Source: a bacterium (GTDB lineage: Bacteria; UBP7; UBA6624). Taken from it: DNA of 32,000 bases. The position numbers were made by a program, and so were the translations under genes. How positions within the stretch are numbered: the stretch's first letter is position 1; every line of letters begins with the position of its first letter. Where the stretch lies: NCBI GenBank assembly GCA_002716355.1, contig PBAU01000010.1:90001-122000 (forward strand), in the 5' to 3' direction. Below the pieces are notes generated by a model. The model saw only the letters and a program-made list of their open reading frames with translations, did no database searches and had not been told where the DNA came from. Below are positions 1-8,275 of this stretch, one piece after another.

Positions 1-1073
1 GAATGCTGAATTGGGTTTCCCTGATGACAAGCCACACATCCAACATTCACATAAGAATATGAAAGATCTTCATGATTCCAGTTTGTTACATGACAACCTA
101 CACAATCTGGACGTAATGTCACATCCCTGTCAACAAGAGTTTCCCATGCATGAGCATGTTTTGTATCTTTCCAAACATCATAAGAATCTTGATGACAATT
201 CATACAAAATTCAGAATTCAAACTTTCCTCTTTATCTATAGGCACCTTGTCTATGAAACCTTTTTTCCTAATAGAAGCTATCATTTCAACAACAGAATTA
301 TCATCTTTCCATTTCGAGCTCATATAAATTCTTTCAAAAAACATAGAGGAGAGGCTCAAGGATCCAACCTCTTGACCAAAAGGCAATATTGGAGGAGACC
401 AAATATCAGAAAAAATACCTCTATCTTCCTCAGAATCTCCAATTAAATACATATTTAAGTTATTGCTTTCGCTTATATACTCTGCAATCATTTGATTTGA
501 TTCAATAGAGCAATCGCTAATCAATATATGTACATTTTCAGAACTTTCAAGATAACCTTTAGGATCTTTGAAATTTTCAACATCTAAACAAAAGCTATTG
601 TCTTTAGGCACATAGGTAAACCTTACCTGATTTTCATTATCGTCAAAACCAAAAATCACACTTTGCAAATCATTATTACCAGTGTGCAAAAACTTATCTA
701 CAATAATGTCATACTCCACATGTTGATCAAAAAAAACATGCATGATTTCTGCTGTAACTTCTGGAACCGGATCTTTATGGCTTTCATCATGTTCCCAATT
801 TCCAAGATCAACCCATATTGAATTTTGATATTTTTTCTTAAGGGAAGCTATTCTTGGCAAACCTCCAGCCATATCTTCTGAACACCCGCAAATATCTATA
901 AACCCCTTGATGTCTTTTGTGAAAAAAATTCTAGGCTCATCCTTGTCTAAAAATTCAGAATGATCCGCAACTGTTTCTGAATCTGGTAAACCTGTCGAAG
1001 ATTTCTGAGACTGAAAAAGATCACACCCAGCAAAAAGCAAAAAAACAAGAAAAACTGAAAACTTAAACCTCAT
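1..1073 (-). CDS. Multiheme c-type cytochrome lipoprotein (cytochrome c554-like module), 3' end cut by the window edge
   Basis: Not in the supplied ORF track because it has no stop in the window. My own translation of the minus strand from ATG 1073-1071 stays open to base 1. It begins MRFKFSVFLVFLLFAGCDLF (signal peptide plus lipobox LFAG|C). The C-terminal part carries three CxxCH haem motifs (CMNCH, CVGCH, CVACH), and CMNCHQDSYDVWKDTKHAHAWETL looks like c554-type domains. The ATG overlaps the thiolase TGA by 1 nt (TGATG). Confidence 0.75.
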   Translation of the reverse strand, partial: MRFKFSVFLVFLLFAGCDLFQSQKSSTGLPDSETVADHSEFLDKDEPRIFFTKDIKGFIDICGCSEDMAGGLPRIASLKKKYQNSIWVDLGNWEHDESHKDPVPEVTAEIMHVFFDQHVEYDIIVDKFLHTGNNDLQSVIFGFDDNENQVRFTYVPKDNSFCLDVENFKDPKGYLESSENVHILISDCSIESNQMIAEYISESNNLNMYLIGDSEEDRGIFSDIWSPPILPFGQEVGSLSLSSMFFERIYMSSKWKDDNSVVEMIASIRKKGFIDKVPIDKEESLNSEFCMNCHQDSYDVWKDTKHAHAWETLVDRDVTLRPDCVGCHVTNWNHEDLSYSYVNVGCVACHQGNPIQH

Positions 1074-2251
1074 CAAACCTCAACAATTAAAGATATACCT
1101 TGACCTCCACCAATACACATTGAAATAAGCCCCAAGCCTCCACCATCTAAAATCTTCAATTGTCTCAAGCATGTTAACGTTAGCCTGGAGCCAGTTGCAC
1201 CTAATGGATGTCCGATTGCAGTTGCTCCACCCCATGAGTTAGTAATGTCTCTATTTAACTTCAAACCCTTTTCAACAGCAATGTATTGAGGAACAAATGC
1301 TTCATTTATTTCAACCCTTTTGAGGTCATTAACACTGCAGTCAGCTACGCTTAAAGCTTTTTCACTACTCGGAACAGGCCCATAACCCATCCTGTCCGGC
1401 TTGACGCCTGCATGACCCCAAGAAACCAAACTTCCCATTATTTCTAAATTTTTTCTTTTGGCTGTATCCTCTGTAGTCATCACTAAAGCACATGCTCCAT
1501 CAACCACACCACTAGCAGTTCCTGCTGTTACAGTTCCATTTTCCTTGAAAACAGACCTTAATTTTGCTAATGATTCAAGGTTTGTATTAGCCTTCGGATG
1601 CTCATCATTTTCAATAACTTTTGCACGACTACCCTTACCTACTTCTATTGGTTCTATTTCACCATCAAAATAACCTTGCTTTAAAGCGTTCTGGTATCTC
1701 TCTTGTGTTAAAACTGCAAATTCCTCACACTCTTTTCTTGAAATTGAAAAATCATCTGCTAGATTCTCTGCCGTTATTGCCATTGGTAATTTACAGTATC
1801 CATCTGTCAAACTGTCCCATAAAAAATCTCTCAATTCCAATGAACCCCATTTCTGTCCAGATCTAATACCATGCGTGTAATGAAAAGCTCTACTCATTGA
1901 TTCAGTGCCGCCAACCAAAACCACATCAGCATCTCCTCTTTCCAATAAATACGCTCCCTGAACTATAGATTCTGCCCCTGATCCACATAGTCGATTTACT
2001 GTAAGAGCCGGCTTTTCGATTGGTATGCCTGAATTTAAAGCAACATGCCTAGCGCAATAATAGGCATTGCTATCAGTTTGCCCCACCATACCAAAGACAC
2101 AAGCATCAAATTCAGAAGCATCAATGCCAGAATCTTTTATAGCTGCCTTTGCAGCATGTGAACCAAGATCATTAGCAGGAACCCTTGCTAAACTTTCTAA
2201 ATAACCTCCAAATGGAGTTCTTTTTCCTCCAACAAAAACAATTTTACTCAT
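1073..2251 (-). CDS. Acetyl-CoA C-acetyltransferase (thiolase II)
   Basis: 392 aa with thiolase hallmarks: VNRLCGSG (acyl-Cys), NEAF, GHPLGATG (His), and SMCIGGGQG (C-terminal catalytic Cys). Confidence 0.9.
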   Translation of the reverse strand: MSKIVFVGGKRTPFGGYLESLARVPANDLGSHAAKAAIKDSGIDASEFDACVFGMVGQTDSNAYYCARHVALNSGIPIEKPALTVNRLCGSGAESIVQGAYLLERGDADVVLVGGTESMSRAFHYTHGIRSGQKWGSLELRDFLWDSLTDGYCKLPMAITAENLADDFSISRKECEEFAVLTQERYQNALKQGYFDGEIEPIEVGKGSRAKVIENDEHPKANTNLESLAKLRSVFKENGTVTAGTASGVVDGACALVMTTEDTAKRKNLEIMGSLVSWGHAGVKPDRMGYGPVPSSEKALSVADCSVNDLKRVEINEAFVPQYIAVEKGLKLNRDITNSWGGATAIGHPLGATGSRLTLTCLRQLKILDGGGLGLISMCIGGGQGISLIVEV

Positions 2252-2263
2252 GACAATCTCCTT

Positions 2264-2824
2264 TCAAGAGAACCTTTCCTCTAACCAAGGATCTCCCCTA
2301 TTATGATACCCTCTAGTCTCCCAAAAACCTAATTTTTCCTGAGCCATAACCTCAATCCCTGTAGCCCACTTAGCGCTTTTCCACAAGTAAAGATGTGGAA
2401 TTATGAACCTTACAGGCCCACCATTTTCATAAGGTATTTCTTTCCCATTACGACTCCATACAATTAAACTTGAATCCAAAAAAGCATCTTCTATATTCAC
2501 ATTTGTTGAATAGTCAACTAAGCCATAACACATAATACATTTTGAATCTTTTTTCAAACCAGCATGGTTCAAAATCTTAGACAAGGGAACACCTTCCCAG
2601 TCATTGTCCAAAAGACTCCAATGTGTCACGCAATGCAAATCTGAATTCAAACGAACAGGACCCAGTTTACAAAGATCTTCAAAATTTAACTCAACAGGAT
2701 TTTCAACATTACCAAAAACTCTAATTTTCCAATCTTCCAAGCTCGCTGAAACACTTGGGGGGTTGATGTCTAACCTGGGCCACTTCTTTACTACAACCTG
2801 ACCTGGAGGCACTCTAGATTTCAT
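2264..2824 (-). CDS. Small sulfite-oxidase-family molybdopterin-binding oxidoreductase (YuiH/COG2041-like)
   Basis: 186 aa. PPGQ near the N-terminus, W-x-I-x-V-x-G-x-V and DLHCVTHWS (the Moco-ligand Cys context) match the short Oxidored_molyb-only proteins. No signal peptide is evident. Confidence 0.7.
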   Translation of the reverse strand: MKSRVPPGQVVVKKWPRLDINPPSVSASLEDWKIRVFGNVENPVELNFEDLCKLGPVRLNSDLHCVTHWSLLDNDWEGVPLSKILNHAGLKKDSKCIMCYGLVDYSTNVNIEDAFLDSSLIVWSRNGKEIPYENGGPVRFIIPHLYLWKSAKWATGIEVMAQEKLGFWETRGYHNRGDPWLEERFS

Positions 2825-2832
2825 CTAATCAA

Positions 2833-3282
2833 CTAATCCTTTTTCCCATATGCCCTCTCTAAAATGCTAATTGGAGGGTTTACAAGAACAAAATCACCAT
2901 AATCCAAAGTTGGAATAACTCTTCTTCCAAGAGATACTAAAAGAACCTCTTTTAAAGATTTCTCGTGAATGTCTATGTCAAAAGTCTCATAATTTACACT
3001 TCTTTGCAATAAATACTTATACAAAACCTTACAGTCTCCACACCATTCTGTTGTGTAAACTTTCAGCTCTTTGTTTTTAATACTCTTTGAGTTATTTTTT
3101 TCAAAAAAAGAAAGACCATTCATGCTTGGAAAAACACCTACAGGTCTATTCACATCACCCATAATCGCTAAAGGAAAAAGAATTGGCCATCTTCTTTTCA
3201 GTTTTTTAATAGAGGCTCTTAAAATTTTAGAAATATCTTTGCTCTCCAAGTCAACCTCTTTAATTATGGTGATTTTGTCCAT
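2833..3282 (-). CDS. Glutaredoxin-like thioredoxin-fold protein with a ~70-aa N-terminal extension
   Basis: 149 aa. The C-terminal half, KVYTTEWCGDCKVLYKYLLQ...RRVIPTL, is a glutaredoxin/NrdH-like fold with a CGDC redox motif. The N-terminal part contains a hydrophobic stretch (WPILFPLAIMG). Confidence 0.65.
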   Translation of the reverse strand: MDKITIIKEVDLESKDISKILRASIKKLKRRWPILFPLAIMGDVNRPVGVFPSMNGLSFFEKNNSKSIKNKELKVYTTEWCGDCKVLYKYLLQRSVNYETFDIDIHEKSLKEVLLVSLGRRVIPTLDYGDFVLVNPPISILERAYGKKD

Positions 3283-3314
3283 CTATTAAATCCTACTATG
3301 GTTAAAATCTAATT

Positions 3315-4853
3315 ATGCTTTTTCTTGAATATTTTTTCTTAAGCTGTAATTCTGAAATTGAATTACAAAAAAACTCATCTATAAAAGGAACTGCCACTTG
3401 CTTGATCCAAAAAGAAGAAGAAAACGTTGATTTTTATATTTCGGAAAATTTTGAAATAGAAGAAGTATTTTTTACAAGGGGCGGAACAAGTCTTTATTAT
3501 GAAAAAAAAGAAATCCAGAATGATTTATCCGGCTGGAGTTTGATCTCAATTCCTGAAGGAGAATATGAAATAACAATTGAATATTCAGGTTTTTTTGGCA
3601 AAAAACATGACTCTTATAATGAGCTTGATCTCAAAAAAGGCTTGTTGCCTTTGAGCAAAAATCAAAAAGGATGTTCTAGATTCAGCCTTAAAGGAACAAA
3701 AAAAATCATACTCAATTCTGAAAAAAATCAGGATGATTTAATTTACTTATGCAATTTAGAAAACAAACTATTTGAAATAAATGAAAATACCATCATGACA
3801 GAAGGCCCCGGTTTAAAAATAATATCAAAACAAACAAAAGAAAGTCACAAAACGTGGATTGAAGCTATCGAGTCATCATTGAAAGAAATTCAACAAAAAA
3901 CAAATTACAAAAATCCTCAAGAAATCATTCTTTTAGAGGGTCAAGATTGGTATAGCCAAAAAGGATTAATAATTGTTCCTAAAAATTATCTTCAAAATAA
4001 ACCTTTATTTTCAGAAATGACTGAACATCTTGTTTACCAATGGGAAAATGTAGAGAAGCCTGTGCTTGAAAACCCAAAAGGAAGGATTTTAAATTCATAT
4101 TTAAACAAAAAATTTACACCTATTTCAAGAAGGATCAATGATAGAGCACATTTACAAAAAACAAATGGCAAGGATGAAATTAAATTCGAAACAGTTATGG
4201 CTGAATATACAAACAGAAACAAAGATACATGCGTTGAAGAAAAATGGCCACAACTAACAATAACAAAAACAAAAGTAGCAAGACTGAATGATGGTTACGA
4301 GCTATCAATTTATACTGACTGGAATGGAAAGTGCAAGAGGAAACTAGATGTCATAATATCAAACAGCAATACAGAAAAAAATGAGCAAATCGAAATTCAA
4401 AATGGAAGTTCAATTTACAAAGTAATGTTAAAGTGGATTCCTAGATATCTAGAAATCGATCCTGGTTTTTGGTTTCCAGGTGAACTTGAAAGAGATTCAA
4501 GCATTTCTCTTATTTTTGAATCTCTCAATCTAACTAAATCTGAATGGATTCAGCCAAGAAACACAATAAGCTCAATTGGCCCTGGTGGAACTTCATGGCC
4601 AAATAAAGAAAAAATAAAACTTCCAGACGGAACAGAAAGATATTGGACTGAAAAAAGCTATCTGGTCCTAGCTTCAAGCAAAGAGGTTTTCTTGATTTCA
4701 TCAAAAAAAACCGCTATTCCAAAATTAAATCAAGACGTAATAAATTGGGGATGGGTTCTCTTTGAAGATGGGACTCCTGTTAAATGGGGGAACAATACAA
4801 AAACAAAAACTTACAAGCTGCCAAAGCCAGAAATATTTTCCTGGGGAAACTAA
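3315..4853 (+). CDS. Hypothetical protein, possible lipoprotein, with a possibly degenerate M1-aminopeptidase-like core
   Basis: 512-aa ORF with a short hydrophobic N-terminus ending in Cys (MLFLEYFFLSC). The segment GQDWYSQKGLIIVPKNYL-(x12)-EHLVYQWEN-(x14)-ILNSYL loosely parallels the M1 GAMEN...HExxHQW...WLNEGF layout, but all zinc ligands are substituted. No other family motif was recognised. Confidence 0.5.
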   Translation: MLFLEYFFLSCNSEIELQKNSSIKGTATCLIQKEEENVDFYISENFEIEEVFFTRGGTSLYYEKKEIQNDLSGWSLISIPEGEYEITIEYSGFFGKKHDSYNELDLKKGLLPLSKNQKGCSRFSLKGTKKIILNSEKNQDDLIYLCNLENKLFEINENTIMTEGPGLKIISKQTKESHKTWIEAIESSLKEIQQKTNYKNPQEIILLEGQDWYSQKGLIIVPKNYLQNKPLFSEMTEHLVYQWENVEKPVLENPKGRILNSYLNKKFTPISRRINDRAHLQKTNGKDEIKFETVMAEYTNRNKDTCVEEKWPQLTITKTKVARLNDGYELSIYTDWNGKCKRKLDVIISNSNTEKNEQIEIQNGSSIYKVMLKWIPRYLEIDPGFWFPGELERDSSISLIFESLNLTKSEWIQPRNTISSIGPGGTSWPNKEKIKLPDGTERYWTEKSYLVLASSKEVFLISSKKTAIPKLNQDVINWGWVLFEDGTPVKWGNNTKTKTYKLPKPEIFSWGN

Positions 4854-4963
4854 ATCTTTAAAAATTTCCTGAAATCCCGGTAAAGATGAACCATATCCAA
4901 AAGACCAACTTAGCAAGCAGGTCCAAAAGAACAGCAGCAACAACCAGCCACAATAAAACTAAA

Positions 4964-4984
4964 GCAATTTTTTTAATAAATTGC
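4964..4984 (-). terminator. Weak AT-rich hairpin, a candidate intrinsic terminator for sodA
   Basis: On the minus strand the sequence reads GCAATTT-ATTAAAA-AAATTGC followed by TTTAGTTTTATT, starting 10 nt after the sodA stop. The stem is 7 bp with only 2 G:C pairs. Confidence 0.25.
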
Positions 4985-4993
4985 CGACATCAG

Positions 4994-5602
4994 TTAGCAG
5001 TTTTTGCACCTCTCCTCTACAGCATTCCAGTCAACAACATTCCACCAAGCACCTATGTATCCGCCCCTTAGGTTTTGATAGTTAAGATAATATGCATGTT
5101 CCCAGACGTCTAAACCCAATATGGGAGTTCCCTCTCCAGTCATCAATGGATTCTCTTGGTTTGCTGTTGAGGTTATTGAAAGTTTTCCATCTTTGCAGAC
5201 AAGCCAAGCCCAGCCTGAACCAAATCTTGTCATGGCTGCATTTGCAAACTCTTCTTTAAACTTGTCAAAAGACCCGAAGGAAGAATCAATCAAATCAGCT
5301 AGATTTCCTGAAGGAGACCCTCCTCCATTAGGAGACATGATGGACCAAAATAAAGAATGGTTGTAATGTCCTCCTCCATGGTTTCTTACAGCAGTTTTAA
5401 CTGAATCAGGAAGATTGTTAACCATTTGACAAAGATTGCCCAATCCTGCGTTTGCAAGATTTGGCTCTTTCTCCAAAGCAGCATTCAGGCCGTTTACATA
5501 TGCCTGATGGTGTTTTGTGTGGTGTATCTCCATTGTTTTAGCATCTATATGAGGCTCTAAAGCATCATATGAATAATTTAATTCTGGTAAAGAATGACTC
5601 AT
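4994..5602 (-). CDS. sodA: Superoxide dismutase, Fe/Mn family with Mn-type residues
   Basis: 202 aa. Motifs seen are [25 protein letters not shown] (the GGH pattern is typical of Mn-SOD), [16 protein letters not shown] and DVWEHAYYL. Confidence 0.9.
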   Translation of the reverse strand: MSHSLPELNYSYDALEPHIDAKTMEIHHTKHHQAYVNGLNAALEKEPNLANAGLGNLCQMVNNLPDSVKTAVRNHGGGHYNHSLFWSIMSPNGGGSPSGNLADLIDSSFGSFDKFKEEFANAAMTRFGSGWAWLVCKDGKLSITSTANQENPLMTGEGTPILGLDVWEHAYYLNYQNLRGGYIGAWWNVVDWNAVEERCKNC

Positions 5603-5620
5603 TTTTTTCCTCCGTTTTCC

Positions 5621-8218
5621 TTAAAGATCCAAAGCTCTTCTTATTTCATAAGCGATATTTGTCATGTGGGCAGCAACCATTGGGTCACTATCTTCAGACA
5701 TGTTGGTAGCACTTTCGTACATATCGATTAAAGCATCTGTAGACAATGCAAGCATGTCAGGACCGCTATTTCCCATCTGAATCAAATAACTTGTCCACAA
5801 AGATTGGGAATCTCTATTGAAAGAATTAGCAGCATCAACATTCCATAAAGCTTCATGAACCGCTGCAAACACATCACTGATAGAAAGAGAATCTCCTCCA
5901 TTTGCTTCGTGATACCAGGCTGCATCTCTCATCCTCACTAACCTAGAACTGTCAAAAAGATACATCAAAGTCATCATCTTTCTGGAAGCAACAGTACTGT
6001 GAATGTCAGTATTGAGATCCTGCATAAAACTCCTGCCACCTAAACCATAAGCCCTAAATGAATTAACCATATATGGGTAAAAGTCAACAAGCATAGCAGT
6101 ATCAACTGTCAATGATTCAATAAGAAGATCCAAAGCTCTTTCTTGCTCTGAGTAAGAAATAAAAGATATTGGTGCAGGAGCACCAGGGTCACCCTTGTGC
6201 GCTCTGCTCATATCATGACCACCAAGATATTTTGCAGCAAAAGGGCCACCTCTTGACATGTCATAAAGAATTTGGCTTACACCGCCTCTTAAGTCAGTCC
6301 ATTCTTCACCTTCTGAAACAACCCTATCCTCAATTTCGGAAATCAAACTCTTAGCAAGTTTAATCCTGTCCTCGAAGAATGAAAGTGGATCTGATAAGTC
6401 CCAATAATTTGTATAAGGGTCCCATCCAAATGCTGTTGCTGAATCCTGATCAGTTGCAAAATGATGGTGGGGGTGAGTATTATCAGAAGCTAATTCCTTT
6501 AGCCATTCATGCTGAACACCACTTATCTCGTCTGGCAAATATTTATAACCATACTGAACTGCCCAATCATCATAATCTCCAGTAACTGGTGAAGAATAAT
6601 GTCCTTGGTTGTCTCTATCAGAAGAAACATTTGATTCTGCGTAATCCATAACTGAAGAAATAAGTCCATGTTTGGAAGTGTATTCTTTATTGTTTATTTC
6701 TTCCCAAGGAATGCCATGACTAGATTTGAAATTATGCCTTAGGCCTATAGTGTGCCCTACTTCATGCATCGTAACCTCAATTAATGCTTCAGTAATAAAA
6801 CTATGAGGGATCGGGTCATCAGCACCGATAACTCCATCAGCAATCAAAGCGTTTCTCAAAACAATTGGTGAAAAGTTACCTCCTGAAACCGGACTTAACA
6901 TAGCGCAATACCTTTCCATATCAAAACCTTCAGGAAGATCTCCATAACCATATAAGCTCGCCTCAAATTCTTTAAACTTTCCTTCTTTCCCAATTTCTAA
7001 TATTTCCTCATAATGAGGCAAATTAAATAAAGGGTGAGCTGTAACTTCAGCGTCACCTGTCCAAGCTTTTATCCATGAAGCTGTGAAAACAATATCAGCA
7101 TTGAGTATCTCTCCTGTTCTTGGATCAACATTTGAAGGACCAATCGCAAATGTGCTTGCCAAACTAGGAGCCCACGAAACGCTTGAATACCTCGAATCTC
7201 CAGCAGAATAATCATCTGGCCAATCTTCATCTCCAGGAAGAACTGCTTTAACAGCTCCCTTCCATCCAGCAGCCTCAAAAGACTTATTCCATTTCTCAAT
7301 ACCTATTTTGACATACTCTCTCCAATCTTCAGAAACTGTTGGATCAACATAATATGTAATTGGTTTGATTGGCTCAAGCATTTCAGCATCAGGATCTTTT
7401 GGTTCAAGTCTCCATTTGTTTGCAAGCCTCACCACACCACCATCAGTCTGCTCTGGATTTACATCCATGTCGTAATACTGAGTATCAAAATAACCTATTC
7501 TTTGGTCTGAAGTTCTTGTTGTCATAAGGTCATCAGGAAGCCTCTGCACTGAAAAATGTACACCTTCCTCGCTACTCCCCATATTGAAAATAATATCAAA
7601 TTCCATATTGGTTGGATAAACATCTGATCTGTTGACATAGCTTAAATCCCTATTGAATCCGCGCATGTAACCCAAACCACTATTAATCCAATCACTAACA
7701 TCTAAAAGATAATGGGTTGTTTCTCCATCTTTTTCCCTCGTTGCAACAGGCATCATAGCCATCATCCTTGTACCATCAGAAACACCAAGTGCATTTGCAT
7801 TTGCTAATTTTCCTTCAGGATCCCACCTGTGACTCCAGTTAGGTTCAACAATGTCTATCCTTCTTCCATCAGGATTCATTCTGAATTCAAAAGACATATC
7901 CCCACTCGGCATATGCAAAAGGGAGCGTTGTGCATCAGCATGTGATGTAAGCATTATCGCAACCATAGGATGATTAAGCTCAGAAGCTGGAACTTCAAGC
8001 ATGAATTGACCTCTTCTATCATCGCTTCCAACATAAAGATTCAGCCAACCTTCTCTCTTCTCTAGACCTTTAGCAGCCTGATCAATAGGGTCAACTGGAG
8101 CTTTCTCAACAACTGGTGGCTTTGGTGTAACCCAGCTTCCAGTTTTCCAATCCCAAACAGGTGCCGCCTCTAAAGAAAAGGCTTTAAATAAAATAGTAAT
8201 TAAAAAAATATTTCTCAT
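5621..8218 (-). CDS. Secreted zinc-dependent metalloprotease (zincin, DUF4953/DUF5117-type architecture)
   Basis: 865 aa with an N-terminal signal peptide (MRNIFLITILFKAFSLEA) and the motif TMHEVGHTIGLRHNF. Size and motif match the large zinc-dependent metalloprotease family. Confidence 0.75.
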   Translation of the reverse strand: MRNIFLITILFKAFSLEAAPVWDWKTGSWVTPKPPVVEKAPVDPIDQAAKGLEKREGWLNLYVGSDDRRGQFMLEVPASELNHPMVAIMLTSHADAQRSLLHMPSGDMSFEFRMNPDGRRIDIVEPNWSHRWDPEGKLANANALGVSDGTRMMAMMPVATREKDGETTHYLLDVSDWINSGLGYMRGFNRDLSYVNRSDVYPTNMEFDIIFNMGSSEEGVHFSVQRLPDDLMTTRTSDQRIGYFDTQYYDMDVNPEQTDGGVVRLANKWRLEPKDPDAEMLEPIKPITYYVDPTVSEDWREYVKIGIEKWNKSFEAAGWKGAVKAVLPGDEDWPDDYSAGDSRYSSVSWAPSLASTFAIGPSNVDPRTGEILNADIVFTASWIKAWTGDAEVTAHPLFNLPHYEEILEIGKEGKFKEFEASLYGYGDLPEGFDMERYCAMLSPVSGGNFSPIVLRNALIADGVIGADDPIPHSFITEALIEVTMHEVGHTIGLRHNFKSSHGIPWEEINNKEYTSKHGLISSVMDYAESNVSSDRDNQGHYSSPVTGDYDDWAVQYGYKYLPDEISGVQHEWLKELASDNTHPHHHFATDQDSATAFGWDPYTNYWDLSDPLSFFEDRIKLAKSLISEIEDRVVSEGEEWTDLRGGVSQILYDMSRGGPFAAKYLGGHDMSRAHKGDPGAPAPISFISYSEQERALDLLIESLTVDTAMLVDFYPYMVNSFRAYGLGGRSFMQDLNTDIHSTVASRKMMTLMYLFDSSRLVRMRDAAWYHEANGGDSLSISDVFAAVHEALWNVDAANSFNRDSQSLWTSYLIQMGNSGPDMLALSTDALIDMYESATNMSEDSDPMVAAHMTNIAYEIRRALDL

Positions 8219-8251
8219 GATTCCTCCTTTGGTGCATCAATTGATAAGTCT

Positions 8252-8271
8252 GATTATATATATATATAATC
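8252..8271. repeat. Perfect 20-bp AT palindrome GATTATATATATATATAATC containing a (TA)n run
   Basis: I verified by hand that the sequence equals its own reverse complement. It lies in the 57-nt gap between the SNF2 stop (8276) and the metalloprotease start (8218). A second 10-bp palindrome, ATCAATTGAT, sits at 8236-8245. Confidence 0.85.
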
Positions 8272-8275
8272 AAAA

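Noticed and set aside
4725-4943. 72-aa minus-strand ORF with a hydrophobic N-terminus downstream of sodA. A 61-aa plus-strand ORF at 4886-5071 lies in the same region.
   Set aside because: The first would overlap the 3' end of the convergent 512-aa gene by about 130 nt. The second overlaps sodA. Neither has a convincing SD. The 140-nt gap is better explained as a convergent terminator region.
8252-8271. (TA)n repeat as a CRISPR-like or microsatellite array.
   Set aside because: It is a single 20-bp palindrome with no spacer-repeat periodicity. No cas genes are present in the window.
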